Part shown: in pieces, positions 25,240 through 38,200 of the stretch
How the letters are laid out: every line of letters starts with the position of its first letter
How positions within the stretch are numbered: position 1 is the stretch's first letter
Origin: Octopus vulgaris
Taxonomy: Eukaryota
Assembly: GCA_951406725.2 (NCBI GenBank)
Contig: OX597814.1
Location: 161,262,001 to 161,326,000 of the forward strand
Reading direction: 5' to 3'
DNA: 64,000 nt
Notes under the pieces: generated by a model
Told to the model about the DNA's origin: nothing
The model's database searches: none
Seen by the model: only the letters and a program-made list of their open reading frames with translations
Program-made: the position numbers and the translations under genes

Positions 25240-26400
25240 CTGAGTCAAGGACAACAACGTTGCTTTCATTGAAGTTCTTCAGAATGAGACATCAGTGATG
25301 GAGTAGTGTAGGAGAGCAAGTTCCTTGTAGATCTGGTCCTATAAAAAACACATACTGAAATACTTAGATCTTTTTTGTTATTCTGTAATGTAAATGCATT
25401 AGAGCCACTTGTCTTTGTAAGCTAGTCAGAATAGGAGGGGCAATTTTGCAGGCCTTCTCAGACTGGTGAGCAATTGTTGTTATTATTGGCCAGCCTAAAC
25501 ATCTGCAAGAAAAGATTTTAGGGTCATGTGAAGAAATGAAGAGAGAAATTCTTAGAAGGATGGTATCGGTCACCAGCTTAGTAGTTTTAGATGGGTCATA
25601 CGGGGAAGTGTAAAATTAATCAGTAGAATTAGTGGTGTGCCGAGTTCACAAACTTAAAGTACCAGAAATTTGGGTGGCAGCTTCTTGTGTAGAAGGAAGT
25701 GTTGAGATAAGTTTTCTTCTTTAAGCTGTGGTCAGATATTTCTATGTTGACAGATGGAGATGGTAGGATAATTTGGTTGTTATTATTTAGTCCCAGATCA
25801 GCTATAGTTGAATAGACTTGTGTGCCTTTAATTTTTTTAAAGGATTCACTTAAATCACATGATTTGGTTGTGAGTTGAGAGAATTTGGCAGCTATTTTGA
25901 GCATGTTGTGACTATTTTAGAGATTTCCTCATTGGTTCAACTGAACAATAGATGTGTTTTGAAAGTTAATGTGTCGGTGAGTGGTACAAGTAGAGAAGGA
26001 TACTAACTTTTATAAATGACAGGTCAGAATAGGAAATTATTTGGCATTTACTGAAGTGATGCAAGGAATCAAGTTGAGTTGTATGCATTGAAATCTGTAA
26101 AGGTGACGACTAAGGTAATATGAAATTGTTGTCCCAAGCTAGGATAAGAGATAGTCCTCAAATAGTTGCAAGAATAAATGAGATACTTTAAGACAGTGTA
26201 TTTGTGAAGATTAAGAAGTTTAGTTTGCATATTAGTGATTGGTAGAATGAAGATTGGATCCAGATCTATGATATTGGTGTAGAGAAGAGATTTTTGTTGT
26301 ATCGTGAGAAAATCTGAGCTACTTTTTATGTAAGTTAGTGGAAGAGGGATATTACCCATGCCTTTTGCAGGTCCCCCAAGTTTGGTCTAATTGTGGCAAT
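25240..26400 (-). mobile_element. Degenerate CR1/Jockey-group LINE (endonuclease to RT start)
   Basis: TDFNAYN (GDFNA-like) in ORF 26069-26359, and an RST...LLS...ESNVVVLD remnant near 25245-25335. Confidence 0.55.
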
Positions 26401-26649
26401 GACTTGTGTAAACATTTGCTGGATAAAGATCAATGGAGACGGGATAAAAAAATGACTTGTATTGCTTGCAACAGAGTGATCTCTTATGAAACAACCAAGG
26501 GCCAGATATTGTTGAACAGACTAGTGTATTAGGCCTATCACCCACAAAGAAGAATAATGCCTTGATTATGTTCATAATGGTCACAGTTTAGATGTATTAG
26601 GGTACTGTGCATTTGCTTTATTTTGTTAAGGTTCATAATAGAATTGTTT

Positions 26650-29340
26650 AATCGCGAGTGCACTGGTATAAAAATTAAAATCAAAGCCTTTCATACATAT
26701 GTCATTTTTGTGAGGGTTTTCTTTTATTTTTAATATCAAACACATAATATTCAGACATGATGGAATGAAATAAGTAAAAAAATAAATAAATAAAAAAAAA
26801 CCCAAAACAACAAACAATGAAAACACACAAAACAACAAACCATCAAATTAATTACATATCAGGATTAAGAAGCCTTTAACCTCGTTGTTGTCTAGATTCG
26901 ACTCTGACATTTTGGTACACTGGACGCTACCAATACCCACGAGTTCTTATCGACGATTCAACAGGAGAAAATCTTTGTGGTTACCCGATCTACCAAAAAA
27001 ATAGTAACCAAATTAACCCACTGTCTTTTAATAAAATTAGATTATGTATTCCTTAAAACACTACGTCTGCAGAAAGACACTTTGGTCACCCTTGGAATGG
27101 TTTTGATCATAGATTTATTCGATCAAGGAGGAACTAGTGCTAAACTACAATTATTATTGAGCAATTCTGATAGCAGTGAACATAGTTAACAATAAATATT
27201 GATAATAATCGATCTTCTAACGCAAACCTCTATTTTCCTAGCTACTCACGCAATACATTTACTACTAACTTGTCCAAGCCAACGAGGAGGCTTCTACACA
27301 GTCGTTCGATTTATTAGAAATAGCACTTAAAATCTTCCTCAGATTACACCATGTCATCTTGATAAGAGAGGGACTCGGGATATTTTAAAATTTCTTCTTA
27401 CTACCTCGTATTTTAACCCCCCCAAAAAAAAAAAAATTACTTTTGATGTAGTTTTACTTGCCAACAGTTGGAAGAAATTTAAAAAGATCTGGGACTCGTA
27501 GGATAATGTGGTTCCAGATACAACCACAGTAGGGGATGATCACGACTGGAACACCTTTAGTCATAGGCCAGCACAGTCAGATTTAACTTGTGGTTGAACA
27601 ACAACTAATTTGCTTTTTTTCTTTTACTTTGTGTTACATTTTTTAAAAGTTAAACAAAAGTAAACATAAATATAACCGGTGCTGTTGGAAAGATAGACAT
27701 TAATGCTCTTATGCACGCACGCACCTACACATACGCGCACGCACAGACACACATACACACAGAACTCAAGACACTCAAACACACAGACAAACAATGTTTT
27801 TCTTAAGGCTTTGACAGGGAAAGAAGAACAGTGCCCATGACCTTTTTGCAGGACCTCCGAGAAATAGTGATGGAAAGGGAGGAAGAAATCATGACTCATG
27901 GATTTCGTTGTTTAGCCCCAGGTTAAACCCCGATCGAGAAAACATCTAATTAAAGGGATTCCAGTGTGACTATCTTGTCTTTCATTCAGAAATTATCTAT
28001 TTAGGACTCTATTAGTTCCTCTCCTTTCTTTTTCGTAACTGCAGGGTGTGATTTTGGGGAGATTTAGTTGCTATTTCTAGCAGGTCGATCGTTGGCTTGC
28101 CAAGTCATAGGTTGCTGCAGTAGGAAGCAATGCAGCAAACTCGAGTTATACTCCAACTGCAGACTTGGTTCGAATGCTTGCAACAAAGTGGATTCGGCAT
28201 CGGACAGTATATTAAATTTATCACCCAAGAAAAGGTACAGTTCATTCGACAGGCTTCCGTATTATTTATTTCGTATACTCAGTTTTACTCATAAACCCTG
28301 GGTTACCCCCAATACTATGCTAGACTCTTGGACTAACAGCAAAACCTACAATCAGATATTCCAAAACTTCATTGTTGTTTATATTTAATACCTCAGGCTG
28401 GCTCTGATCGAGCAGACTTGTGATCAAAAAGAATTCCAGCTATGATCAACTGATTTTTATTCATTTATTTATATTTTTGTATTTTAGGCGTAATATCTCT
28501 AAGTTTAAATAATCTAAATTATACTTAATTGAAAAAATTTTTTAAGACAACAGGGTATGATTTGAGAGAGATTTGGCTGCTATTTCTAGCAAGTCAAGCG
28601 ATTACATGACTGTATGATGTAAACAATTTCTTACTTGATCGTCAGCTTCGGAAAATAGGAGGACCGATGGAATGAAGGCAGGAACTAATGTATATATAGT
28701 TCCCAGTTCATCTGATCACGTCTTTCGATGTTCTATTTGGGGAGAGAAAGATAAAAAAGACTTGATAAATATTATTAGTAAAAATGATGAGTTATCATAT
28801 ATCCAAACAGCAAAACAAAAAAGTTAAATTATTCATATTTAGTGTAAATGTAACATTTTTACGTATTGAGCAATACTTTATTTCATTACTTATACCCGAA
28901 TCTTAAGATTTTTTAAAGGATCAGAATTTTTTAAAATTAAAAATAAGCAATCAAATTACTTTTTCTTTTTTGTGTGTCTTGATAGTACATATGGGAGGCA
29001 ATATGAATAAAAGAAGCCATAGTTACGTCCCTTATACTGCTGTGACTCATGCTTTACAACCTTACTTTCTCTACACGTTATGTGATATAAACATTACTGA
29101 CACCGATTTAATTTTGTAGGGCAATAACCGTTGGTTTAGTTGTTAGTGTTTTCATTTACTTTATTATTATTATTAGTCGGGTGTTTGAAAGCATAAATCG
29201 ATAACTGAGTCTATTATTAAAAAAAAAAAATGTTTCGTGTTAGAGCTAAACAACTAGTAGAAATAATTTAATAATTCGATTGCCAATCCAAGTCCACTGC
29301 CAATTTTTTTTTTCTTTTTGGTTCGTATTACCGTAGTATC
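26650..29340. promoter_or_regulatory. CpG-retaining intronic island, candidate internal promoter or enhancer
   Basis: CG dinucleotides are frequent here in both unique and repeat DNA but rare in the flanks. AP-1 motif TGACTCA at 27892-27898 and 29043-29049. Function is inferred. Confidence 0.5.
26940..28610. mobile_element. Cluster of four family-C repeats, two in each orientation
   Basis: GGGTGTGATTTGAGGGAGATTTGGCTGCTATTTCTAGCAGG-type consensus at 27905-28105 and 28390-28610, inverted at 26940-27160 and 27270-27605. Other copies near 24650, 30070, 35480, 37570 and 53025. Confidence 0.7.
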
Positions 29341-29630
29341 CTCTCAGCATTTTAAGAGCCAGTGTGAGACTATTCCTAAATAAAGATTAAAAACTAGATT
29401 CATAATTGTAATTTGTATCAAGTGTTCTCTTTGTAAATATTCAGTCTGAAGTTCTTGAAATTCACAAGTGACTTGACCCAACACCATGCATTTTATTATC
29501 ATTTTGCAATGTGCAATTATTGTTTTGGTCTATTGGCCAGAACTTCAGTTTTCTTATTTTTTTCTTTTAGAAAAACTTTTTACTTGCCCTATTGATTTAA
29601 AATTATTTTAATTTAAGATTATAATTATAT

Positions 29631-29985
29631 GGATGCAGGTATGGCTGTGTGGCAAGAAATCTGCTTCCTAACCTCATGGTTCTGGATTCAGTCCCACATT
29701 GTGGCACCTTGGGCAAGTGTCTTCTATTATAGCCTTGGGCTGACCAAAACCTTGTGAGTGGATTTCCTTGTGACAAAATCTGAAAGAAGCCCGTTGTGTG
29801 TTTGTGTTTGTTCCTCACCACCACTTGAGAAATGTGTTGGTTTGTCTATGTCCCTATAACTTAGCCTTTCAGCAAAAGAAACTTATGCAATAAGTATTTG
29901 GGTTGATTCATCGAAATATAAATTCTTCAAGGTGGTGTCCCAGCATGGCTACAGTCTAATGATTGAAACAAATGAAGATAAAAGA
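29631..29985 (+). mobile_element. tRNA-derived SINE, family B
   Basis: GGCTGTGTGG..AGAA...TTCAGTCCCAC...GGCACCTTGGGCAAGTGTCTTCTA; related copies at 59171 (+) and at 36905, 57015 and 58600 (-). Confidence 0.8.
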
Positions 29986-30453
29986 TATATATAGAATAAA
30001 TAAGTTTGGTTAATACAATAGTTATCATGAAACAGTTGATGTCATTAACTTTCTATTTCTCATTCATATTGTTGTTTAGCTTCAGGTCAGCCCTGATCAA
30101 ACAATGTCCCATTTATCATATATTTAAGATGATAGGGTGTTATTTGAAAGAAATTTAGTTAATATTTCTAGCAGGTTGATGGTCATGTGGAGGCTCCTTG
30201 CAAAGAAAAAAAGAAAAAGAAAAGAAAATAGAGCCATGCCAATCCCGTAATTTTTCAGGCTCATGTTTACTTTTGTAAGAGAGCAGAGTGTGATTAAAAG
30301 GAAGTAATACTCGAAAATTAGATGTTTTGAATTTAAATATTGAATTACAATTTCTTTTAAGGGGAATGTCATTTTGGATGACAGTAATTTAGTTTTGACT
30401 CATTTTTATTTATATTCATGCATCAACTTTTGAATATCTAATTATAAATATTG

Positions 30454-30896
30454 TTTCAATTTTTGGCATGAGGCCAACACTTTTAGTAGGAGGGGTGAGC
30501 CATTTCATTGATCCAGATGCTCAACTGGTACTTCATCTTACTGACCCTATAAGGATGAAAGCAAAGTTTGACTCAGCTGGGATTTGGACTTGGAATATAA
30601 AGAGCCTGAAGAAAGACAGCTAAGCATTTTGCATGATGTGCTAATAATTCTGCTAGCTCACTTGCCTTAATGTTTAATTATAAATATTGATTTTAAATTT
30701 AGGCACCAGGCCAGTAAATTCAGGATAGGAGTTAAGTCACTTACAGTGACCTCAATATTCAACTGGTACTTGCTTTATTGACCCTGAAAAGATGAAAGTT
30801 GACCCTGGTGGATATTGAACTCAAAATATAAAGACGGATGAAATGCTGCTAAGCATTTTGCCTGGCATGCTAATGATTCTGCTTGCCCACCACCTT
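30454..30896 (-). mobile_element. Two tandem family-A SINEs separated and flanked by the same target sequence
   Basis: TAATTATAAATATTG at 30439-30453 and 30675-30689, and with 1 mismatch at 30902-30916. Confidence 0.85.
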
Positions 30897-33036
30897 ATGT
30901 TTAGTTATAAATATTGATAATGTTAATTAATTATTTGGTAAAATAACTGGTCTGCTACTTAGTTTTCTGTTGTATTGTCCTCCTTCTTTACTTTGTCTCT
31001 ATATCTCCTTTTTTTCTTTTTCTTTCTTTGTAAGAAAGGAAATTGTAAAGTAGCAGTAACAAAGTGATGAAACAATTTCACAGTATCCACTGTATTAGTA
31101 TTTTTTGTGTGTGGTACTGCAAATCATGCAGCTAGGTTTATGTACTGTTTTCAATATAAATTCTATGATTGTCACCTCTTCCTATTTTTTTCCCTTAGTT
31201 CCAGCTCATAGCTGCGGCCATACTGATGCACTGCCATTTCCTATTTTCAACTATTTTACAGAGTATGTAATGACTGCATTACACACTTTTTTGATATCAG
31301 CACTAGAATAGTTGTTTTGCCCTGGCAAGACTAAAGAGGCGTCTCTATACTACATTGCCATCATCTGTTCCACAATCATTTCACAGAGTGTATTAGGTGT
31401 ATTTTATCATGGCACCAGCATAAGAGAGGTTGTCTTGTCTCTGGCTTGTGGCTAAGGAGTCTTCTTTACCCCATATGTTTTCATTCATTTGTTCACTAGC
31501 TCTGGAAAGTTGTTTTGTTGTACTTGGCACCAATTTGAGAGGTTTATCTTGTCTAAAGCAGATAGAGAATGTGAAGAGGACAAAGGCAAAAGGGTGAATA
31601 AGGAAGGAATAGTGGAAGAGACAGGGAGAGTGGTAGACAGCTACATGCCAATTGTTGTTAAGGAGACAAGATATAAACAACGTATGTGGTGTAATTAATG
31701 GGAGGAAGCAACTTGATAGGAAGGAAACAAATTGATAGTAGAAGAGTTTTCAAAGGGAGAGAGAAAGAAAGAGTAATAAGTAATAGTGAAAGGAGTAGTG
31801 AGAGAGTGAGGGGTATCAATGATAGTGAGAGTGGGAGTGTTGAATATCAATAAGTTGTAAGTGAAGGATGAGTGAGTGAGTGAGTGAGAGAGAGGCAGAG
31901 AGAGAAAGAGAGAGAGAGAAAAGGGATGGTGCTAAAATTGAATACAGGCAGATCCAATGCGGTGCCATCCCTCATTGCACAAGTGGATCAGAGAGATAGT
32001 GTGACAGTAAAGAGACATGTTGATAAAGGAGAAAGTAAGTGACAGATAAGAAAGTGATGAAAAGACAGGAGAAACACAGATGTAGGTATTTAAACATCTC
32101 AGTCTCTGTTGTCATTAGCAGGATAATCTTTTACATGTGTTTTCTCATGCTTGCATGAATTGGTTAGGACTTTGTCAACACAACACTTTGCCACAACTCG
32201 TGCTTCTTTGTCATCTAATTTTTCTCATATCCAATTTTTCTCTCAGTTTATTGTATTTTGTCATTCATGCACACTAATACACATCCAACAAAATATGTTT
32301 GCTTCGTGCTTTTCCAACGTTTGCAAATCTTCGATTTTCTAGAGACAAAAACACTGTTTCATAAATAAAATATTTAGTTTAACAGCTTTGCTTGTATGAT
32401 CAGTAACGAGTTAATTTTGTAACATGTCATTCTTGCCACAGCTTATGCTGTTTTTATTGTTTTCTCTTAAGGTATTAGGAATAATTGCATACACACATGC
32501 ACATAACACCGACACACACACAACAGTTTTTAAATAAACAAATAAACACGAGTGAAAAAAGTTAGTATCTGTTGAGACAAGAACCCATGTGTTCAGTTGA
32601 TGTATTGATATACTGGCTACTGTTTTATGTATACTCACAGAATTCAACTATCTAACTTTAAATGTAATTTATTTAATTCTATTGTACTTTTGTTTTCCCA
32701 TTTGGCATTTAAGAAATTATGAGTTTTTTGCCTTTGGTAAAATAATATTAAGGAAAATTATACTCTCATTACTTTCTTTCAGTGTCAATTAACCGAGTAT
32801 ATATTTTGTTTTTGACAATTTTTCTCTCCCACTCTCTTTTATTTTATGATTTCATCTTGATTTTGTTTTATATATTTAGTTTAAGATTTCAATATTTTCT
32901 TTGTTAGAAATAATAACTATTTGAAATATTACAGTGTTATTATTTGTAAATTATAAGATCAGTATGTATAGTAGTATACTTGCCAAAAGTTTTGACAATC
33001 TTTAGTCAAAGAGAATATTTACATAGTTCATTTCTA

Positions 33037-34277
33037 TTGGGTCATCCCATAAATAATCATAATGCAATTCAAAATTAAGATAAAGTTCATTTTTAATCTG
33101 CAATATACTCTCTTTCATTTTCTACAATGCTCTTCCATCTATCTGGTAGATTTACAAAATCCCTCTTCCAAAATTCACTTGTCCGTAAAGAAAAATACTC
33201 CGCCAGTGCTGTTCTCACCTCATCTACAGAATTCATATTTTTTCCATCCAAATGATTTTGAAGACTGCAGAATAAATGATAATCAGATGGGGCAATGTCC
33301 AGCCTATATGGTGGGTTGAGCATTGTTTCCCATTCAAACTGCTCCAGCCTTTGGAATATCATCCTCACTGTATGTGGCTGAGCATTATCTTGATGGAAGA
33401 ACACCGTTCATCTTGAAACCTAAGATGGTCATTTTTCTTCTAATGCTGACTTATGTCACTCAAGCTGCTTGCAGTAGATCTCTTTTGTTATTGTGTGGTT
33501 TGGGTTTAAAAGTTTAAAGTGGACTAAACCTTTCATATCCCACCAAACAGATAACATCTTAAATGGGTGAAGACCTTTTTTAGCCTGAGGTGCTGGTGTT
33601 TCTCCTTTCCCTGTCCACTGTCTTCGGTGCTTGACATAGAGAATCCATTTCTTGTCACCAGTCGCTATTTGGTTAAAAAAATGTTCATTTGTGAGACATG
33701 GCAATAAAGAAGAGCACATATTCACTCTCTGCACATGGTTAGACTTGGAAAGTTTGTGAGGGACCCATTGAGCCAATTTGCTGAATTTACTGATGGCATG
33801 CAGGTGTCAATGACTGATTGAATGATCTCTGCTTGTTCCTCAGCAGTTACAATAGAATTTTGTTCCACCAGGGTTTCCAGGATGTCCTTGTTGAGCTCTA
33901 CAGATCTTCCAGGATGAGGCTTGTCTTCTAGGCTGTAGTTTCTAGCTTGGAATTTCTGGTACCACCATTGACACTGGCTTACGCTTATTGTCCAATCTCC
34001 ATATACTGCATTAATATTCCTCGCACATTCCATTATGTTATTGCCTTTATTGAACTCATAAAATATGCCAAATATGCTCCCTTGCCATTTCCATCGTAGC
34101 TTTGAAAAAATAACTGTTGAAATCGAACTGCACTCTTCAAAACTTGCACTAAGAATAAGTACAAGGTAAAATGACTACCTGCTTTTATAACAAGTTGATG
34201 CAGGTAGTTAATCCCATCCCCCTCCAACTTTTAGTTCATGCAATTGAAAAAACTGCACTATTTATGAGATGACCCAA
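33037..34277 (-). mobile_element. Mariner (DD34D) transposon, near full length, inactivated
   Basis: TA TSDs (33035-36, 34278-79) and TIR TTGGGTCATCYCATAAATA. Frameshifted transposase pieces carry WVPHKL, TGDKKW, HQDNAQPH and DIAPSDYHLF, with exactly 34 residues between the second and third D. Confidence 0.95.
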
Positions 34278-35051
34278 TATTTTACTTGTTTCAGTTATTA
34301 GACTGTGGGCCTTCTTGGGCACTGTCTTGAAGGGTCTAATAAAACAAATCAACTCCAGTACTTTCATTTTTTTTAAAGTCTGGTATTTATTCCACCAGTC
34401 ACTTATTGCTGACCTCCTAAGTTTTCAAGTAGTGGTGGGTCTCTCTCTCTCACACACACACACATTCTGGATTGAACCTAGAACCATGGCTGTCTTTACC
34501 ACACAGCCATGCCTGCACCTATATAATGAGACAACAGAATGCAGATCTGTTGTGAAATAATTATTAAAAATTCCAACTTAAATCTTACATGAAAAATTCC
34601 GAATAGTTATCTGATAGGAAATATTTTTTAATCATTGTTATGTAAAAACTTGTAAGGTTAGAAATGTTTAAGATTGGAACAGGGAAGAATTTGGACATAG
34701 TAAATATTTTATACATGTGGTAGTTAAAGAAAAAGCAAAAAAGAACCAAAAAAAAAAAACAATTTTAAAAACCAGTATTTGCAGTACATTTTACAAAAAG
34801 GTATGATGAAAGCTTTAGGGTATACAAAGTTGCTTCTTAGTTCTACATTGTGCTGGAATCAATGATGCTTCCAATCAAATAAGTACCAATAGCATATTGG
34901 TATTGATTATATGGTGCTGGACTTTATAGCAGACTGGTTTATTATCTGCTATATTTTTTTTTTCTGAAAGAAATGATTTTCCACTTCATATAAAATCCAA
35001 TTGTTTGGAAAAAAGAAGGCTATTACATTGGCTTTATTTTCATTTAGATAA

Positions 35052-35260
35052 TAGTTTCTAATTTAGGCACAAAGCCAGTGGTTTTGAGGGGAGGTTGTTA
35101 GTTGATATCTTTAAACCCAGTATTTGACTGATATTCTGTTTTATTGATTTTGGAAGGATGAAAGGCAAAGTTCACTCTGGCCAGAATTGAACTCAGAGTA
35201 TAAATGATTGGAAAAATTTGTGTGACACTGTAATGATTCTGCCAGCAGTCTGCCATTTTG
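35052..35260 (-). mobile_element. Family-A SINE, degraded
   Basis: GGATGAAAGGCAAAG and GAACTCAGA core plus GATTCTGCCAGC head in reverse. Confidence 0.7.
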
Positions 35261-38200
35261 ATAATAAACAAATTCATGTGTTCAGTGATGAAACATCTGG
35301 CTATGGGTTATATCATCTATATTCTTAAGCCTAGTCAAAAGAAATTTCTGTAAATAAAAGTTCAACTATATGGAGAAATACTGTGAAGTTGTGCTCTTAA
35401 GAATAGTTTCAAGTAATTTGAAAACTATCCTAACAAAGACAAAAGAAGCAAAATTTGAATGTATTAATATATTTTGTTGTTTAAGCCAAATTAAACTCTG
35501 ATACAGCAGAGCTATGAGAAAGATGTTCCCTGTTGTAACAAGCCTCCTTTCATCCGGTCATTGTATATAATGACTGCATAATCCAGTGTATGCTTCCTTT
35601 ATTTAGATGGCATCTTTTGATTTGAGGGATAATTAGTTTCTATTTTCAGAAGGTCAATTGATTGCATAGAAGCTCCTTATTAACTCAAAATATTTCTTTT
35701 TGTTAAGGGAAAATCATATATCTCCGAATAGCATTTTGTGTAAGAAAGCCAAGGGAAATAACTCATGTTGGCCAATGACATGAAATTAGATAATTCAGGT
35801 AGATGATGATATGCTAAATGACATAGGCTAAATTTTCTTCATTGCTTTAAACTTGAAGAAGAGAAACAAACACCTAGTGCCAGTTATTAGCAACTCTTGA
35901 AGGAAAGGAAAAAATAATTTGATGGAATTAATTAATTTCACAGGTAACTGAATTTTTATGTGTAAAGAAACACTAATGAAAATCCCTAATGGCATCTGAA
36001 GATAAATATAAATATATATTGAATATTAAAAGATTCAAATTATTAATTACTTAGATATGATTGACATGTTTTTAGTGGTTATGGACAGATTTTTGAATTT
36101 TTATCCAAAGCAACTTACTATCAATATGGAAAATTTTAACCAAAGCAACTCTGTATCAAAACACACACACACACACACATGTAAAAGCACTTGTACTTGT
36201 GCCAAGCAAAAAGCAGCTGTGCTGGTGACATGAAAAGGGCATCCAGTTTGCTCTGTAAAGTGGTTGGTGTTAGGAAGGGCATCCAATTGTAGAAACCAAG
36301 ATGTAACTCTTTGGTTTGTCAACTCCTGTTGAACTATCCAACCTTTGCCAGCATAGAAAAACGGATATTAAAAGATGATAATGATGATGACACATGCACG
36401 CTCAAGAGTTTAAATTTAGGACAGATTAGAAATAGAACAGACATAATTGTAAAGATCAGAAAATTACAGTTTTAATGACTTACAGAGGAAAATATCAGAT
36501 AAAATGGGCAGTTAGTTGTTGGACTCCGTCCAGTAGAGCCTTTCTCTGATGTAAAATTCTGATTACGAATGATAGTGTCCTGTTGGTAGCTATGTAAATA
36601 TCTTTATAGTCTTTTTCTTTTTTTTCTCTGTTCAGGTTTTACAAATTGTTAACTGTTTCTTATCTTATTAACCAAACATTTTCCAGGATTATGCATTTTA
36701 AAGTTTTATATATATTTTTTTTCATGTTTATAATGGCTTAGACAGAATAGGAAGTACAGTGTCGATCACCATTCTCTGCAACTCTTTAGATTAGTAGAAG
36801 AGAAGTTATCCTCACACTGGAAACTGGTCTGAATGCGTTCAGTGGAATGAACTTCATTAAAAACCTCAGTGGACCAGATGGTGATTTTTAAAAGCAAATA
36901 ATCTCCCTGACAGATGTCCACGCAGTTTCTGTCCACCAAATTTGACTCACAAGGCTTTAGTCGACCTAATGAATAACTGAAGATGTTTAGCCAGAAGTTT
37001 GCTTCAAAAAATAGTTTTTAAGTAAAATTCTTAATTACACAGCCTTATCTTCAAGTTCACAACAAAATTCAAACTAGTATTTAAAAATTCTTGGTTCAAG
37101 CATTTTTTGTTGTAATGTATGTACCACTTTATCACAATCAAAGAAGTTTAATTCAAATGAAATTCCACAGTTAACTCACTGTCCTAAATAAACCATTTTA
37201 TCTGTTCCAACTTAAGGTCATTCATATACTTTGCATTGTTAATTTTCAAATAACTAGGTAACTAATACTTACTTTTATTATCAGTTATGACTTTTTTATT
37301 GTCAGGAATTTATGTTCTACCAAGATGCATTATCATTTCTGAATTTAGTAGAAAGAAACCTAAATGAATCTTATATAAACTTCTTTAATGTTATATTGAT
37401 TTGAACTTGTCTTTAATATATATTTAGTCAAAGCTTTTCTGATATTTTTTATTTGTATTGAGTTAGGAAATACTTATTTGTATTGAAATACTTTATTTTC
37501 ATTGAGTTAAGAAAAAAAGTAACTTTTGGTTTTGAAACTGAATTATTTGTAGGTAAATTTAGATTTTAATAATGTAGTCCTAAGCAAATGTTACTGGAGA
37601 TTGTTGACCTATGATCAAAGTTGTTCTCTCTCTAATCATTCCATCTTATTTTAGAAGTGGTGTATCCATGACTACATTATCCAATTCATCTTTACAATTG
37701 TAAGATGATAGGATATGAGTTGAGGGCTATTTCTAACAGGTTTAGCAACCTCCAGAATTTACCTGTCAACTTGACTAGAAATTGTTACTCTTAGTGTATG
37801 AACTCTAGAATATTCATAGCAATCTGATGTTGTTGATATGTAATCTGAGGGAATTGCAATTTTATTTTTGATTAATACATTGAATGAACTGTTCATCTAA
37901 AAATAAAAATTTGGTTTACAGTAACAAATCAGTGATAGTAGATTTGAAATACTGATAGTATGTAATTATAGAGAAATTATCAGTTACAAAATCACTCATT
38001 GTAACATATCTAAAAAGGAAATTTTCCACTTGAGCAATTATACCAGTTTTGTTATACAGTGCTTGGAATTCCTGTTGTACTTATTTTGAAAACAAAAGCT
38101 AATTAAAAGCCCAGACATTTACAGTTTTTATCAATTGTATTTATTTATATCTGCAATAAATATAAATATTGAAATATTTTTCAACTGTTAAAATGATGTA

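Noticed and set aside
31490-32090. Purine-rich block with short ORFs
   Set aside because: Low-complexity GA-rich sequence without splice or protein motifs.
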